From Eledone cirrhosa (lineage: Eukaryota), in NCBI GenBank assembly GCA_964016885.1, contig OZ024741.1, forward strand, positions 107,756,001-107,820,000: a stretch of DNA of 64,000 bases, given 5' to 3'. Below, in pieces: positions 1 to 12,110 of the stretch; position 1 is the stretch's first letter, and each line of letters begins with the position of its first letter. The notes beneath the pieces were generated by a model. The model was given only the letters and a program-made list of their open reading frames with translations, had not been told where the DNA came from and searched no databases. Position numbers and translations under genes: made by a program.

Positions 1-1500
1 AGGTGGATGGCACGACTTAAAATTCAGATATTGATGGGTGTCTGTGTGTTTATAATATATATCCGTGGTAATGGTGGTGTCGTTTTTGATTATCATTATA
101 TCTAGGAATGGTAATTTGGTCCTACTCATCTCTTTTGTGAATTGGAGAGATGGGTGTAGGTTATTCAGGAGGATATTGAACTCATCCAGAGTATCTAGAG
201 ATTCTGTCCAGATGATGAAACAGTCGTCAAGGTATCTCTTCCAAGATTTTTCAATGTACTTTCTAAAGTCAGTACTATATTTTTCCTCTATTTCTTGGTA
301 GAGTTGTTGTTCTAAGTATCCCATTACAGAGTTCGCGTAAACGGGAGCAAACTTCGTTCCCATCGCTGTGCCTCTAATTTGGATGTAATTCTTTCCATTG
401 AAGAAGAAAGTGTTGTTTTCCAGAATAAGTTTAACTGCGTCTAATATAAATGGCGCTGTGAATCTAATGGGAATCACTTCTCTATGTTTTTCCACCCAGT
501 ATTTAACCGCCTTTATTCCTAAATCATGTGTAATGTTGGTGTAAAGGCTTACCACATCAAAACTGAGTAGAAGTGAATTCGTTTCCGTGGTTTTGGGAAG
601 ATGGGACAGGAAGTCGATATCATCCCGGATGAAACTGGGTATGTGAATACATAGTGGTTTCAAAATAATGTCAACAAAATTGCTTAGACGGTGAGTGGGG
701 CATGTTGGACCAGCTATAATAGGTCTAAGTTTTAAGTCTTTTGGGTGTAATAATTTAATGTACTCACTGTTTTGTTCTCTTACTGCCAGTTGTATTTCTT
801 TTGACTTGTGAACTTTCGGTAGGCCATACAGGTTGCTGGGTTTCGGCTCAAAATTGGTGATGTAGTCTCTTTCCTTATCAGTAAATGAGTTGTGGTATTT
901 TGAAGCCAGGTTGTTGATCTTCTTCATGATGTTGTGGTCTATATTTGACGGTATTTCATGATAGAATGTTGTGTCTTTCAGTTGTTCCTCAACCAAATCC
1001 TTGTAGTATTCAGTATCCATTATAACAACTGCACCCCCTTTATCTGCTTGTTTAATTATTATTGTTTTGTCATTTTGTATACGTTTAAGTGCAGACATTT
1101 CTGATTTGTTAATGTTTGGCCTAACATTAGTATTATGTCTAAGAGGAAATTTAGACAGGATGTCAATGTATTGGTCGAGATAGATATTTCTTCCTTTTGG
1201 CGGAGTGAAATTTGATTTATTCTTTACTAGTGATTCATCACTCTCATTATTTTTATCAGCGAAGAATTCTACAAGACGTAATTTTCGACAGAATTCTTGG
1301 GTATCCTCCTTCAGTTCTTGGTGGTTGACTGTTGGAGTCGGTGTGAATTTCAGTCCTTTTGACAGAATTTGCATTTCATCATTGTCAAGATCTCTTTTAG
1401 ATAAATTAATTATTTTAGGATCTACGTGTACAGCTGTTTTGGGTATGTTTCCTCCTGGAGTTTTTCTTTTTCCGGTTTTTGTTGTCCTGACGTTAAAAAA
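1..1500 (-). CDS. Penelope-like (Neptune-type) reverse transcriptase ORF2; runs off the left edge; -1 frame relative to the upstream ORF1
   Basis: Manual translation from 1500 is stop-free to base 1: IINLS..EMQILSKGLKFTPTP, KQADKGGAVVIMD, LPKVHK, RPIIAG, FDVVSLYTNI, GTAMGTKFAP, RYLDD, LPFLD. Absent from the ORF track because it has no stop inside the window. Confidence 0.93.
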
Positions 1501-2771
1501 TGAATTTTTCTCTGTTCAAGATTTATATTCCTGTTGGTGTTCGCTTGATGAACTTTTGGTCGTGATATTATATTTGGTTTCGTTATGTATTTTGTCCTAT
1601 TTTTGGTATTCTGTATATTATTTTTCTTCCTGCTAGCATTATTTTTAACAATCTGGGAAAATGACCTAGGTTTGCTTTCAGGTTTAGATCGTTTTTTCGT
1701 CCAGTTTCTTGTGGGCAATCTCTGTTGAGATCTTGAGAGTGATCTGGTTATTCTACGTTTTGTTTCCACATTCCTTGTTGGTAGTCTCTGTTGAGATCTT
1801 GAGAATGATCTCCTGGTTTTACTACTTCTCATGGTCTGGTCAAAGGAATACCTATCGTGTTTGTGCTTTTTGTTCATGTTGTGTGCGATAGGGTGTTTTT
1901 GTAGAAAAAGCGAAGAGTTATTACCGTAGTTCTTCTTTGATTCAAGGTAAGGTGAGTGTTTGTGTTGGCACGTGTTCTGGCGTATGTTGTGTTGATGAGA
2001 TTGTCCACTTTTAATGCTTTTTCTCAGGGTTCCAGAGTCTTTACCGTAATTTGCAGCATATTCATCGAGAAATAATTGTTTCTGCTGCCATACCTTTCTT
2101 GATTTGTTTTCTTCTTTTGAGATATCTCCGATCCATAGTTCTCGTAGTTTTTCAGCTATAATACCAGTCGTTAGCTTTGAAATTTCAACTTCAATTTGGT
2201 CATCAATAGCTTCATATTTGGCTTTGTAGCGGGATTGTTTACATTCAGAAATGGAGATGTCGGTCCTGAATTTTGTCAATGTAAGTTCCCATCGGAGTTT
2301 TGTTTCTTCTTCTGGTTCTCCTGCAATTTCTGTAATTAGGTATTTACGAGGGAGTATGGGTGCCGTTAGAGAGAGCCATTTCGAATGTGTTTCGACATAT
2401 TTTTCGCATCTGTATGCTTTCCAGAAATTTTGTTTTCTTATGTTAAGGAATTTTTTCCATGTCTTCCACATTTCTTTTCTTATTCGATGTGTTTTGTTTT
2501 CTAAATTTCTTTCGTTTATTTCTGACATCCAAGGGGGTTGTGGTAGGCTTTCTCTTGTATCTTTGATAACTGTTGGTATAATTTCAGCTAAATTCTTAAT
2601 TTCAGAGTTTATATGTTCAGTTATAAGTTTTCCGTCTGTAGATTGTTTTTCTATTTCCTTTAAAATAGAGGATTGTGTGTCCATCATCGTGATAAGTGTT
2701 GATAATTTCGATGATATCTCCTTTAGAATTCTTTCTGATTCTGTTGGTTTCATTTGTTGCTTTCCAGACAT
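1422..2771 (-). CDS. PLE ORF1, 449 aa: helical/coiled-coil-like N-terminus and a basic R/K/S-rich C-terminus with a duplicated RSQQRLPTRN block
   Basis: Intact ATG-to-stop ORF between the pLTR (2855-3086) and the RT frame, which it overlaps. Confidence 0.75.
   Translation of the reverse strand: MSGKQQMKPTESERILKEISSKLSTLITMMDTQSSILKEIEKQSTDGKLITEHINSEIKNLAEIIPTVIKDTRESLPQPPWMSEINERNLENKTHRIRKEMWKTWKKFLNIRKQNFWKAYRCEKYVETHSKWLSLTAPILPRKYLITEIAGEPEEETKLRWELTLTKFRTDISISECKQSRYKAKYEAIDDQIEVEISKLTTGIIAEKLRELWIGDISKEENKSRKVWQQKQLFLDEYAANYGKDSGTLRKSIKSGQSHQHNIRQNTCQHKHSPYLESKKNYGNNSSLFLQKHPIAHNMNKKHKHDRYSFDQTMRSSKTRRSFSRSQQRLPTRNVETKRRITRSLSRSQQRLPTRNWTKKRSKPESKPRSFSQIVKNNASRKKNNIQNTKNRTKYITKPNIISRPKVHQANTNRNINLEQRKIHFLTSGQQKPEKEKLQEETYPKQLYT
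1494..1500 (-). promoter_or_regulatory. Candidate -1 ribosomal frameshift slippery site U_UUU_UUA
   Basis: caT TTT TTA in ORF1 phase; the -1 frame has TGA at 1518-1516 and is then open through the RT. Confidence 0.65.
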
Positions 2772-2975
2772 GTTGGCATATACACAATAGGAATATATAT
2801 ATAGATATAGATAGGTAAATATACACGGGTGTGTATGATTGTGTATAGAAGATTATATTAATAAGAGGAATTCCAACTTTGTCTGATTTACTCGTTTTAT
2901 TTACAATCCTTTAAAATATATATAATGGTATTATAATGAAATAGTATGATAGAATATTAAATTCTAAGTGTTAAT

Positions 2976-3014
2976 TGAACAAGTACTTTCATGCTTTCGC
3001 AATCTTCAGGTTCA
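2976..3014 (-). ncRNA. Minimal type-I hammerhead ribozyme in the pLTR
   Basis: tgaac CTGAAGA ttgc-gaaa-gcat GAAA gtac TT gttca. Confidence 0.85.
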
Positions 3015-3107
3015 TGATATGTGGTGACAGTCGAGTTTGCAATTTTCAACTGTAATGAGATGGGTAAATTTCCTACCTTTTATACATAATTACCATTCCT
3101 AGATATA

Positions 3108-4016
3108 ATGATAATCAAAAACGACACCACCATTACCACGGATATATATTATAAACACACAGACACCCATCAATATCTGAATTTTAAGTCGTGCCATCCA
3201 CCTCATACAAAACGCAACATCCCATACTGCCTAGCCAGAAGAATTTGTACCATTGTAGAAGATACGAATACCAGGTACAAACGCCTAACAGAACTAAGAG
3301 AATTTTTGCTCAAACAAAAATACCCATCTCTACTTATAGAAAATGGCATACAGCGGGCTATAAAAATACCTATACAACAACTTAGAACAACCCAAAGAAG
3401 AAGAAACCAAGAACTGGTCATACCATTTATAATGACACACAACCCATGTCACCAGAATATCTTCAACACTGCCAAAGCAAACCTACCGATCATTGCTCAA
3501 AGTAATGAATTAAAAGGCTTAATCACAGATCGATCTTTGACTCTTAGTAAAAGACAGCCAAAAAATTTGAAGCAATTGCTAACAAAAGCAAAGTTTGACC
3601 TTAACAACAAAGACCAATCATTCACTGTATCTAAATGCAATGATAATCGATGCGGCACATGTCAATCCATACACGCCGGTCAATATATGAAAACAAAAAC
3701 TGGAAAAATATTCACAAATGCAAATATGAACTGCAAAAGCAGAAATCTAATTTACTGCATTAAATGCCCGAATTGTGAAGAACTATATGTCGGTCAAACT
3801 GGAAATGCACTATCGGAACGTGCACGGGTACACCGTCAACAAATCAGAGACCCAAATGTCCGTCAGATACCCCTAAGCGGCCACCTGGCAACATGTGGTC
3901 AGGGAATATTTATAATATTCCCATTCTACAAATTACACAGCCCAAGTGAAATCAAGAGAAAAATCAAAGAAAAGAATTTTATTGATAAATTCAAACCCAA
4001 GCTAAATGAACAATAA
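3108..4016 (+). CDS. 5'-truncated PLE RT thumb, Cys linker and GIY-YIG endonuclease
   Basis: YYKHTDTHQYL..SCHPPHTKRNIPYCLARR; CNDNRCGTC; CKSRNLIYCIKCPNC..YVGQTG..R..H; PKLN. Confidence 0.92.
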   Translation: MIIKNDTTITTDIYYKHTDTHQYLNFKSCHPPHTKRNIPYCLARRICTIVEDTNTRYKRLTELREFLLKQKYPSLLIENGIQRAIKIPIQQLRTTQRRRNQELVIPFIMTHNPCHQNIFNTAKANLPIIAQSNELKGLITDRSLTLSKRQPKNLKQLLTKAKFDLNNKDQSFTVSKCNDNRCGTCQSIHAGQYMKTKTGKIFTNANMNCKSRNLIYCIKCPNCEELYVGQTGNALSERARVHRQQIRDPNVRQIPLSGHLATCGQGIFIIFPFYKLHSPSEIKRKIKEKNFIDKFKPKLNEQ

Positions 4017-4391
4017 TAACGCCTAGGGGTATTACTTCTACTACCACTATGACCACGACCACTAACAACAACAACAACAACAATAATAATAATAATAAAA
4101 GTGATGTTGATGGTGATGATTAATAGAAAATGCTATTTTCATCATTTCAAAAAAGCAAAACAATTGATACGTTGGATATGACTATTGGTCGTTAGCATGC
4201 TCAACCAGCCGTGACGCTTAAACCAATCAGCTGTAGTAATTCAGTGAAACTACACACTGATTGGTCGAAATACAGTTTACAGGGCTTTGCATTCTGGAGC
4301 CACTTTTCTCTGTATAAAATGTATAAAAGGTAGGAAATTTACCCATCTCATTACAGTTGAAAATTGCAAACTCGACTGTCACCACATATCA

Positions 4392-4430
4392 TGAACCTGA
4401 AGATTGCGAAAGCATGAAAGTACTTGTTCA
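4392..4430 (+). ncRNA. Minimal type-I hammerhead ribozyme in the pLTR
   Basis: Same motif as 2976-3014; palindromic stem III (GTAC). Confidence 0.85.
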
Positions 4431-4550
4431 ATTAACACTTAGAATTTAATATTCTATCATACTATTTCATTATAATACCATTATATATATTTTAAAGGAT
4501 TGTAAATAAAACGAGTAAATCAGACAAAGTTGGAATTCCTCTTATTAATA

Positions 4551-4785
<235 letters not shown>

Positions 4786-4844
4786 GTAGATAAATCTACC
4801 AAAAATTTACGGTAGTGTCCAATCCGTATGAAGAACTCATGGGT

Positions 4845-4915
4845 GATGTGTTGGTGTAATGGTAGCACAGTGGTCGCGATAACCACAGATGTGGGTTCGA
4901 CTCCCATGTACGTCA
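4845..4915 (+). tRNA. tRNA-like cloverleaf with a non-canonical anticodon loop (pseudo-tRNA or Pol III head)
   Basis: GATGTGT/GTACGTC acceptor, GTGT/GCAC D-arm, GTGGT/ACCAC anticodon stem, GTGGG-TTCGACT-CCCAT T-arm; T-run about 10 nt downstream; loop CGCGATA lacks U33 and a purine at 37. Confidence 0.55.
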
Positions 4916-5499
4916 ATACTCATCTTTTTCCATTTATCTGAGGGTTCTAAACCCCGTTATCAAGCTAAAATTCCTTTAGTTAAAAATACGGTGAAAGCTA
5001 TATATTTTCTAATATATAATATATAAAATATATATATATAATATATAATATATATATATATAATATATAATATAAATATATATATATATATATATACATA
5101 CATACATACATTTATATTTAAGTCTGTAAGGATGTTGATATGATCTATGTCTTCTTTTTTTTGGTAAGGAGAAAATTTTTGTCGCCAGATTTTATTACCT
5201 AGGGAGTTTAAATACCACACTTCTGGCTGAAAGCTGACCAGGTTCTCAACCTCATCAAACACTAATGCCGACCTGTGTGTGTGTATATGTGTGTGTGTGT
5301 ATGTTCACCACCATTGCTTCTTCTTGTCATTTCTGTTGAAGTAGTCCTTACTTTCATTCTCTTTGATTTCTTTTGATTTTCTTTTATCTCCCTAGGGAAT
5401 TCGTTGACAAGCTTCTTTTATTTATTTTCTTCGTTTTCTTCATTCAAATCACTGACTGTCTAAGAGACGTACAAATATGACTTGTCAAACTTACCAAAC

Positions 5500-5645
5500 T
5501 AAAGGGGCTTCTAGCGCCCTCAAAGTTTCAAACGCCCCCTTACTGCAAAACAACGCCCCCCTAACGCCACCTCACAGCATAACGCCCCCCTGGAGCAACT
5601 AATCGCCCCCCGAGGGGCATATTCCCACCGTTGAGAATCTTTATT
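5500..5645 (+). mobile_element. Possible hAT-type MITE end with repeated AACGCCCC subterminal motifs
   Basis: Several (a)acgcccc motifs ending in gttgagaa; a ttctcaac lies upstream near 5243. Confidence 0.3.
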
Positions 5646-6574
5646 CTAGATAAACATACTGAAAGTTTTTTTTTAAAAAGGGATTTTTTGAAAATTTCTT
5701 TCTTGAAAGTGTTTCTTATGGGTATAAAAAATTAAGATAAACATACTGAAAGTTTCTAAAAAAAGTGTTTTTTGTTAATTCCTCTGATGGATATAAAAAA
5801 ATATAATTCATATTTTATACTGTGTGTTTTCTATATATTCTTATATATATTTAAAAAATTATATTGCTTAAAAATTATAACTCCTTTTAAAATTATATAA
5901 TTATATTTTAAAAATTGTAATTCATTTTTAAAATTATAATTCATATTTTATTTTATGTTATATATTTTGTATTTATGTATATATGTATATATGTATATAT
6001 ATATATATGCATATGTATATATATATGTATGTATATATGTGTATGTCTATGTATATGTATACATGTATGTATGTCTGTGTATGTATATGTATATATATCA
6101 AAATGTATAATTTAAATACATTCTATGAATGAACCTGTATAAAAGGTTTTTTACGGTTTATGCTTTAGATGCATTCTTATGAAAAACTTTAAACATTAAA
6201 ACGTTATAGTAAACAAACTTATATTTTAACAGTCACAACTGTATAACAGGTGGATTTATAAAATATATAAAATTTATAAAATTATAACTTACTATAAAAT
6301 AATATAAGATTTCTTTTTATAATCTTAACTCTTTTTATCATCTTAACCTTTATAACATTTAATCCTTGAGCTATCTAAATTACAAATAAATCACTTAATT
6401 TCCTTCACGCTGTATTGCTATTACGAAGAAGAGATTATTCTTCGGTAAAATCTCTGCATTTTTATTGATAATTAATTGAAAAATTAATAATTAATAATTA
6501 ATTGTTGATTGATGATTAATAATAAATTTATATATGGTTATGTAATAATAACATATATTTTAATAATATTTTTT

Positions 6575-6614
<40 letters not shown>

Positions 6615-6665
6615 ATCTATATTCTTTTAATAATATATAGATCTCAATTTTTAATTTTAATTTAT

Positions 6666-7285
6666 AGAAAAACCTGGGACGACATGATAAATTCCGACCT
6701 CACACGCTTTCACCTCTCCAAGACAATGTCACTGGACCGAGACCTTTGGCGGTACTCAGTAATAGAGAAGACCCGCCTTACCTAAATACAAAGTAAAACC
6801 TACTACAGTCAGTAGGCATCTCTAACCCCCCCCCCCCCCCCACCTCATCCACACCGCCCCTTTCAATGTAAAGTTATGTTGGTGCCACAACATCCAGGCC
6901 GAAACAAATGAGATCGTGTAGGTGTCACGACAAAAAAACACACAGTCCACGCTGTAAATGTGGCCGTGTAGGCAACACGGTAAAAACCTCCCAGCCCCAC
7001 ACTGTAAATGTGGTTGGTGTTAGGAAGGGCATCCAGCTGTAGAAAACCCGCCAGACAGTCCACGCTGTAATGTGGCCGTGTAGGCAACACGGTAAAAACC
7101 TCCCAGCCCCACACTGTAAATGTGGTTGGTGTTAGGAAGGACATCCAGCTGTAGAAAACCCGCCAGACAGTCCTATGCGAGCAAGACAATCACTCTTGCC
7201 TCAAGTAAGAAAACCCCCTTCCAAACCCATGCAAGCGTGGAACACGGACGCTAAACCTTGATGATGTGGATGATGATGATGATGA
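6666..7285 (+). mobile_element. RTE-clade LINE 3' end with a ~112-bp tandem duplication in the 3' UTR and a (GAT)n tail
   Basis: RKTWDDMINSDL..DRDLWRYSVIEKTR; unit repeats at 6942, 7055 and 7167; GAT tail. Confidence 0.7.
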
Positions 7286-7699
7286 GATCTCAATCATTTA
7301 ACTGACATATTTAATATTTAATTGATAAATTAAACATTTAATCAAATATAAACATTAGATAAAATTCTCCGGTTATTATTATTTATTTATTTATCCACGC
7401 TTTATTTACTCCGCGTAATTCATCTACTATACATTTATTTTTTCGTCTCATCATCTCATAAATTACGTCAATACAACAGTCTCTCGCTTAGGGTTTTCTC
7501 TCTTTCTCTTTCTTTTGTTTTCCTTCTTTGGGTTTGCTCTTTCTTTTTCTTTTTCTTTTTCTTTTTTCCCTATTCCAACGGCTTAATTTAAATGTACTGG
7601 GATTTAAACCTCTCCGACACTAATTTGAATAATAGACCAATAATAAAATTAGTAACCCCACTATCCGGGATCTTCCAACCGACATGGTCGCATTCTTTA

Positions 7700-7978
7700 A
7701 GGGTATGTCAATATTTGTTTATAAAACTGATCTATATTATTTTATTTTATATATTTCAAGGGTTCCAAGACACATTGGTACGCTTTCATCAGATAAAATA
7801 CAAAGTTTGTTTTATAAATAGAGACATAACCATGAAAATCATACCTTATCGGTTGGAAATTCACTAGTTTCCACTTATTTAATATCATTGAATATTTACT
7901 CCAGTAAACTGTTGAGTGCTCTGAATAAGTTATAAACATTTATATTTGTTGGACTTCCAACAAATTGTATACCCCTTC

Positions 7979-7980
<2 letters not shown>
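7700..7980. mobile_element. Rearranged pLTR-like fragment with a hammerhead (minus strand, 7743-7800); relatives at 41460-41725 and 53840-54050
   Basis: tattttat CTGATGA aagcgtaccaa..ttggaaccctt GAAA tata; shared flanking blocks. Confidence 0.6.
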
Positions 7981-8032
<52 letters not shown>

Positions 8033-8064
8033 CATATATATACATATATATAAATGTATGTAGA

Positions 8065-8307
8065 GTATATTTGGCAATATACTGTATGTTTAATTAAAAA
8101 CATTTTGAAGACCATACGCTATCGGTTTTAAAGTAGGGACTATGTCACTTACTTCTTTTCCGCGAAAGAAGGGAGAGAATCTAACAGTCTGTTTCACGCT
8201 CTTTGGCGATCATCAGAGCCACGCACTCCCTGCTTTCGCCGAACATTATAGAAGATGGATTCTTATAGAATTCCAGTAATAATCAGGAGCTGATTATACA
8301 GAGCGAT
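8065..8307 (-). mobile_element. ~310-bp hammerhead repeat family; other copies at 21915-22125, 22455-22836 and 60630-60993
   Basis: Shared tatttggcaatatactgtatgtttaattaaaaacattttgaagac...; CTGATGA..GAAA core. Confidence 0.7.
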
Positions 8308-8676
8308 TATATATAACGAAGGAGGTGGGGGTAAGGAACCAGATGGACCATAATGCACCAGAGTACTCAATACTTACGGTAATAGAGTGGGTAATAGGAA
8401 AATATTTAAGTCCAGAAATAGCCGTCGAAACGTCTTGAGCTCTGCCGTCGGGGTTAAACATATTCCTATATATATATACATATATATATGTGTATACACA
8501 CGCACACACACACATACACATACACACATATATATATATATATATATATGCATTATATACACATATATATATATTCATGCACACACACACACATATATAT
8601 ATATATATAATGGAAAAATTTGAACAGGGACAAAACAGAGAGGCAGTACAACGAATGTTTATTAATTTCACGCTCT

Positions 8677-8808
8677 GTTACGTCCCTTTACGATCTGCGT
8701 TCAAATCCCGCCGAGGTTGACTTTGCTTTTCATCCTTACAGGGTTGATAAAATAAAGTACCAGTAATGCACTGGTTAATTGCCTTGTGCCTAAAGTAGAA
8801 ACAATTAT
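8677..8808 (+). mobile_element. tRNA-derived SINE, 5'-truncated
   Basis: B box gttcaaatccc plus body ccgaggttgactttgc..ttcatcctta..gataaaataaagtaccag. Confidence 0.85.
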
Positions 8809-10249
8809 TTTGGCTTGTTTATTGTTTTCTTTTTCGGCGAGAAATATCTTAATTAGGATAATTTAAAATTATCATGAAATATAGGTTAAACTATAAACTG
8901 TTGTTTTGGCTTATTTTACAATTCTTTTCACTCTTTTATTTGTACCACGCATTATATTGCTTTAATAAAACAATTTTAACTACGTTTTATATAATTTGTA
9001 TGTGTATGACTATGTTTCAGAGTGTACGTTACTTGCTTTGTGTGTCTACGTGTGTATGTGCGAATGTGTTTGTGTTTGAGAGAGTATGTCCCTGTGTATG
9101 TGTTTCCCTGTGTATGTTTGTATGCATATATGTGTATGTATACTGGAAGGCTACATGTATATATATATATGGATGTCCAACATCTGAGAAGCAGATGTTG
9201 GAGAATTCAATTTACAATGTCTTCTATATTAATTAAATCTGTTTCCTTTCCTTTTTTTGCCTTTTATCTTTCATAATCTTTCATCTTTGTTTTCTTTGTG
9301 GTTATTCAGACAACAGATTATGTCATTGTTGAAAACACGAACAGATTCACTTTCATTTCACATTGTTGTCAGTGAATATTTTATACGTTAATATCAAACA
9401 TGGTGTTTGTTTCAGCTTCTTTTTACCATTCTTTATCTCTTGATATTCTTTTCGTTTCATTTCGCTAAAAAATGCAAATATTTATATATTGGTGTTTCCA
9501 TCACATATTTGCTTCTTGGTATATGGAGTCATGAAATTATCCTTAATTATAGTTAAACTTTTAGTGGTGAGAACAATGATCATCTGAATTCCTGATTCTG
9601 ATTTTAAAAGAAGATAACTCCGTAAATTTAATTGGGCAAAATGAAGGAAATGTGGAATATACTCCTTCATATCAACGTGTATTTTAGGAATTCCATTCAT
9701 TAGGGGTAGTCCATCTTGATCAGTAGATTCCCTTGAGTAGTAGACTTAATAGTAGTAGCTTTAGCTGAAACAGTACTGGTGCAAGAACTCCAGGTATGCT
9801 TACGTCCCGTATAATTCAGAGACATTCAAAAATACCCATAGGTACTGCTCAACTATCACCTTAATCCCACCAATCCCCTGTCACAGATAGGTACCCATAT
9901 TTATCAATCTGAAAAGGATAACAGACCAAGGTGACTTCAATGGCATTTGAATTCAAACTAGAGAGAGGTGAAATTCATTAACACGAGATATTCCTTCCGG
10001 CGTTCTAACACCTTACATTTACCCTACACCTAATCCTACTATGCAGTTAAGTTTGATTTAACATATTTATGACAGTGCAATTAAATCCTTAGCTATTAAT
10101 TGACAAATAATATTTTTTATTATTTTAACAACTATGGCAGAATGCCTGGTTATATTTCAGCTTTATTATGATCTCAACAACGAATAATATACTGCACAAT
10201 ACTTTTGAAAGTATTAAATGTATCAAATAAGTAAATATATCAAAGTGTC

Positions 10250-10929
10250 GCATGAGCTGTTGGAATAGGCAGCTCTTAAATCACGGCTTATTATTTCTTG
10301 AAAATAGAAGGGTAACAAACTGGCGCTTTAAGATCGTTGTCCCTGCTAAAATAAAGGCTAAACTTGTAGGCCCCTACTGGAAGAAGTTTAGGGAGCTGCT
10401 TCCTCTGTTGACAAAGAAGGGTTTCTCCTGCGTAGAAAAGGACGGTTATATGATGCCTGTGTGAGATGTGAGATGCTGCATGGTAGTGAGACATGGAAAA
10501 CAACTGCAGAGGATATGCATTGGCTGGAGAGAAATGAAGCAAGCATGCTCTGTTAGATGTGCAATGTCAATGTGCGTGAACGACCAAGCATGGATGAGTT
10601 GAGAGGGAAACTGGGTATAACAGGGATAAGTTGTGGTGTGCGGGAGAGGAGACTGAGATGGTATGGACATGTGATGCGCATGGAGGATGACCGCTGGGTG
10701 AAGAGGTGCCAGGAAATCCCAGTAGAAGGAAGACGCAGTAGAGGAAGACCACGAAAAACATGGGCGGCGGAGGAGGTGATGAGAGAAGACCTTAGATCGC
10801 TGAAACTCACGGAGGAGATGACGAAGGTCCGTGACAAGTGGAGAGATGCTGTGCTGAATAAGACCCGTCCCACCCTTGCAAGCAGGGAAGAGCGGACGTA
10901 ACATGATGATGATGATGATGATGATGATG
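10250..10929 (+). mobile_element. RTE-clade LINE 3' fragment (frameshifted RT C-terminus) with a (GAT)n tail
   Basis: WKKFRELLPLLT, MLHGSETW, RERRLRWYGHVMRMEDDRWVK, RGRPRKTW. Confidence 0.88.
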
Positions 10930-12110
10930 TTTGATACCCATTATGACACATTTTTGAGGCAACGAGTTACGGCTGGATATCTCTTACAGCACATAGGAAA
11001 ATAATTGAAGGGTACATTAGATATACACATACATACTTCTAAAATACACGATGATCATGGTTGGAAGAACTGTTATTGCTCGAATGTTTTGAGACTTGAT
11101 AACTCACAGACGTCATCCAAAACAAAAGAAGTTAATGTTATCATATTTAATAGAGAAAGCATTAACTATGTAAACGACGACTAGTCCTTTTGCTTGTTAA
11201 ATATATTTAACTTCAACGGGTTCTTCAGTTAGTTGTTAAATTCACTGGATATCTTGAGTATTTCATTCTTGAATATAGTTTTTGTTTGCTCATATCTAAA
11301 ATTATATATGACTTCATTCTCCACATGTTTCAATAATCTGCATTCAGTAATTCCTAAAATTATTTGAAAATATTTCATATACTTCTCAATTCAATAAACG
11401 TTACCATTCAGTACATTATAATTATTGAAGCAGATAAGTCTGCGTGGTTAAGTAGTTCGTTTCCCAATCATGGTTACGATCATTCTGCGTGGAATCTTGG
11501 TAATCTATAATATAATAAAGGGAGGAGTGCAGAAGTGTGACCGCTTTATATGTTTTTATCCCAACAGTAAAATAAGTTAGATTACTTTGAAAAAATAATG
11601 AATAAATATTATATAATTCATCTACTAAATTTTGTAACATGATTAAACATAAATGATTTAATATATTGCTTATGTCAAGATTCACTTCTTTTATATATAT
11701 ATATATACATATCCTCCGCCAACTTGACCACCAACTGACCCCCACCCTCCTCCGCCTTAACTACACCTGCCACCCCCTCCTCGCCCAAGCCATCCTCTCC
11801 TTCATCCAAAACCTCAACCACAACCTCTTCTCCTTCCTCAGCTCCACCAAAGCCCGCAAGCTACACTCACACCTCCCAACCACCCCCATCCACCACCACC
11901 CGCCCATCCCCATACGCCCCCCACTCTCCACCCCTCCATCGACCCCCCTTACCCCCCCCCCCAAAAAAAAACCCACCACTTGTTGTCACCATACCCCCTG
12001 ACCTCCCCCTCTCTGCACCTGAGCGCTCACTCCTTAGTAGAGGCCTTCGCTTCATACCCCACACTCAGCACAGAGACGAATTCCGCACCCGAACGGAAGT
12101 CGAGCGATTC

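Noticed and set aside
9482-9700. 72-aa ORF and other unique stretches (15675-15900, 22950-23350, 27600-27950) as host exons
   Set aside because: No recognisable domain and no convincing splice-site pair with an open frame.
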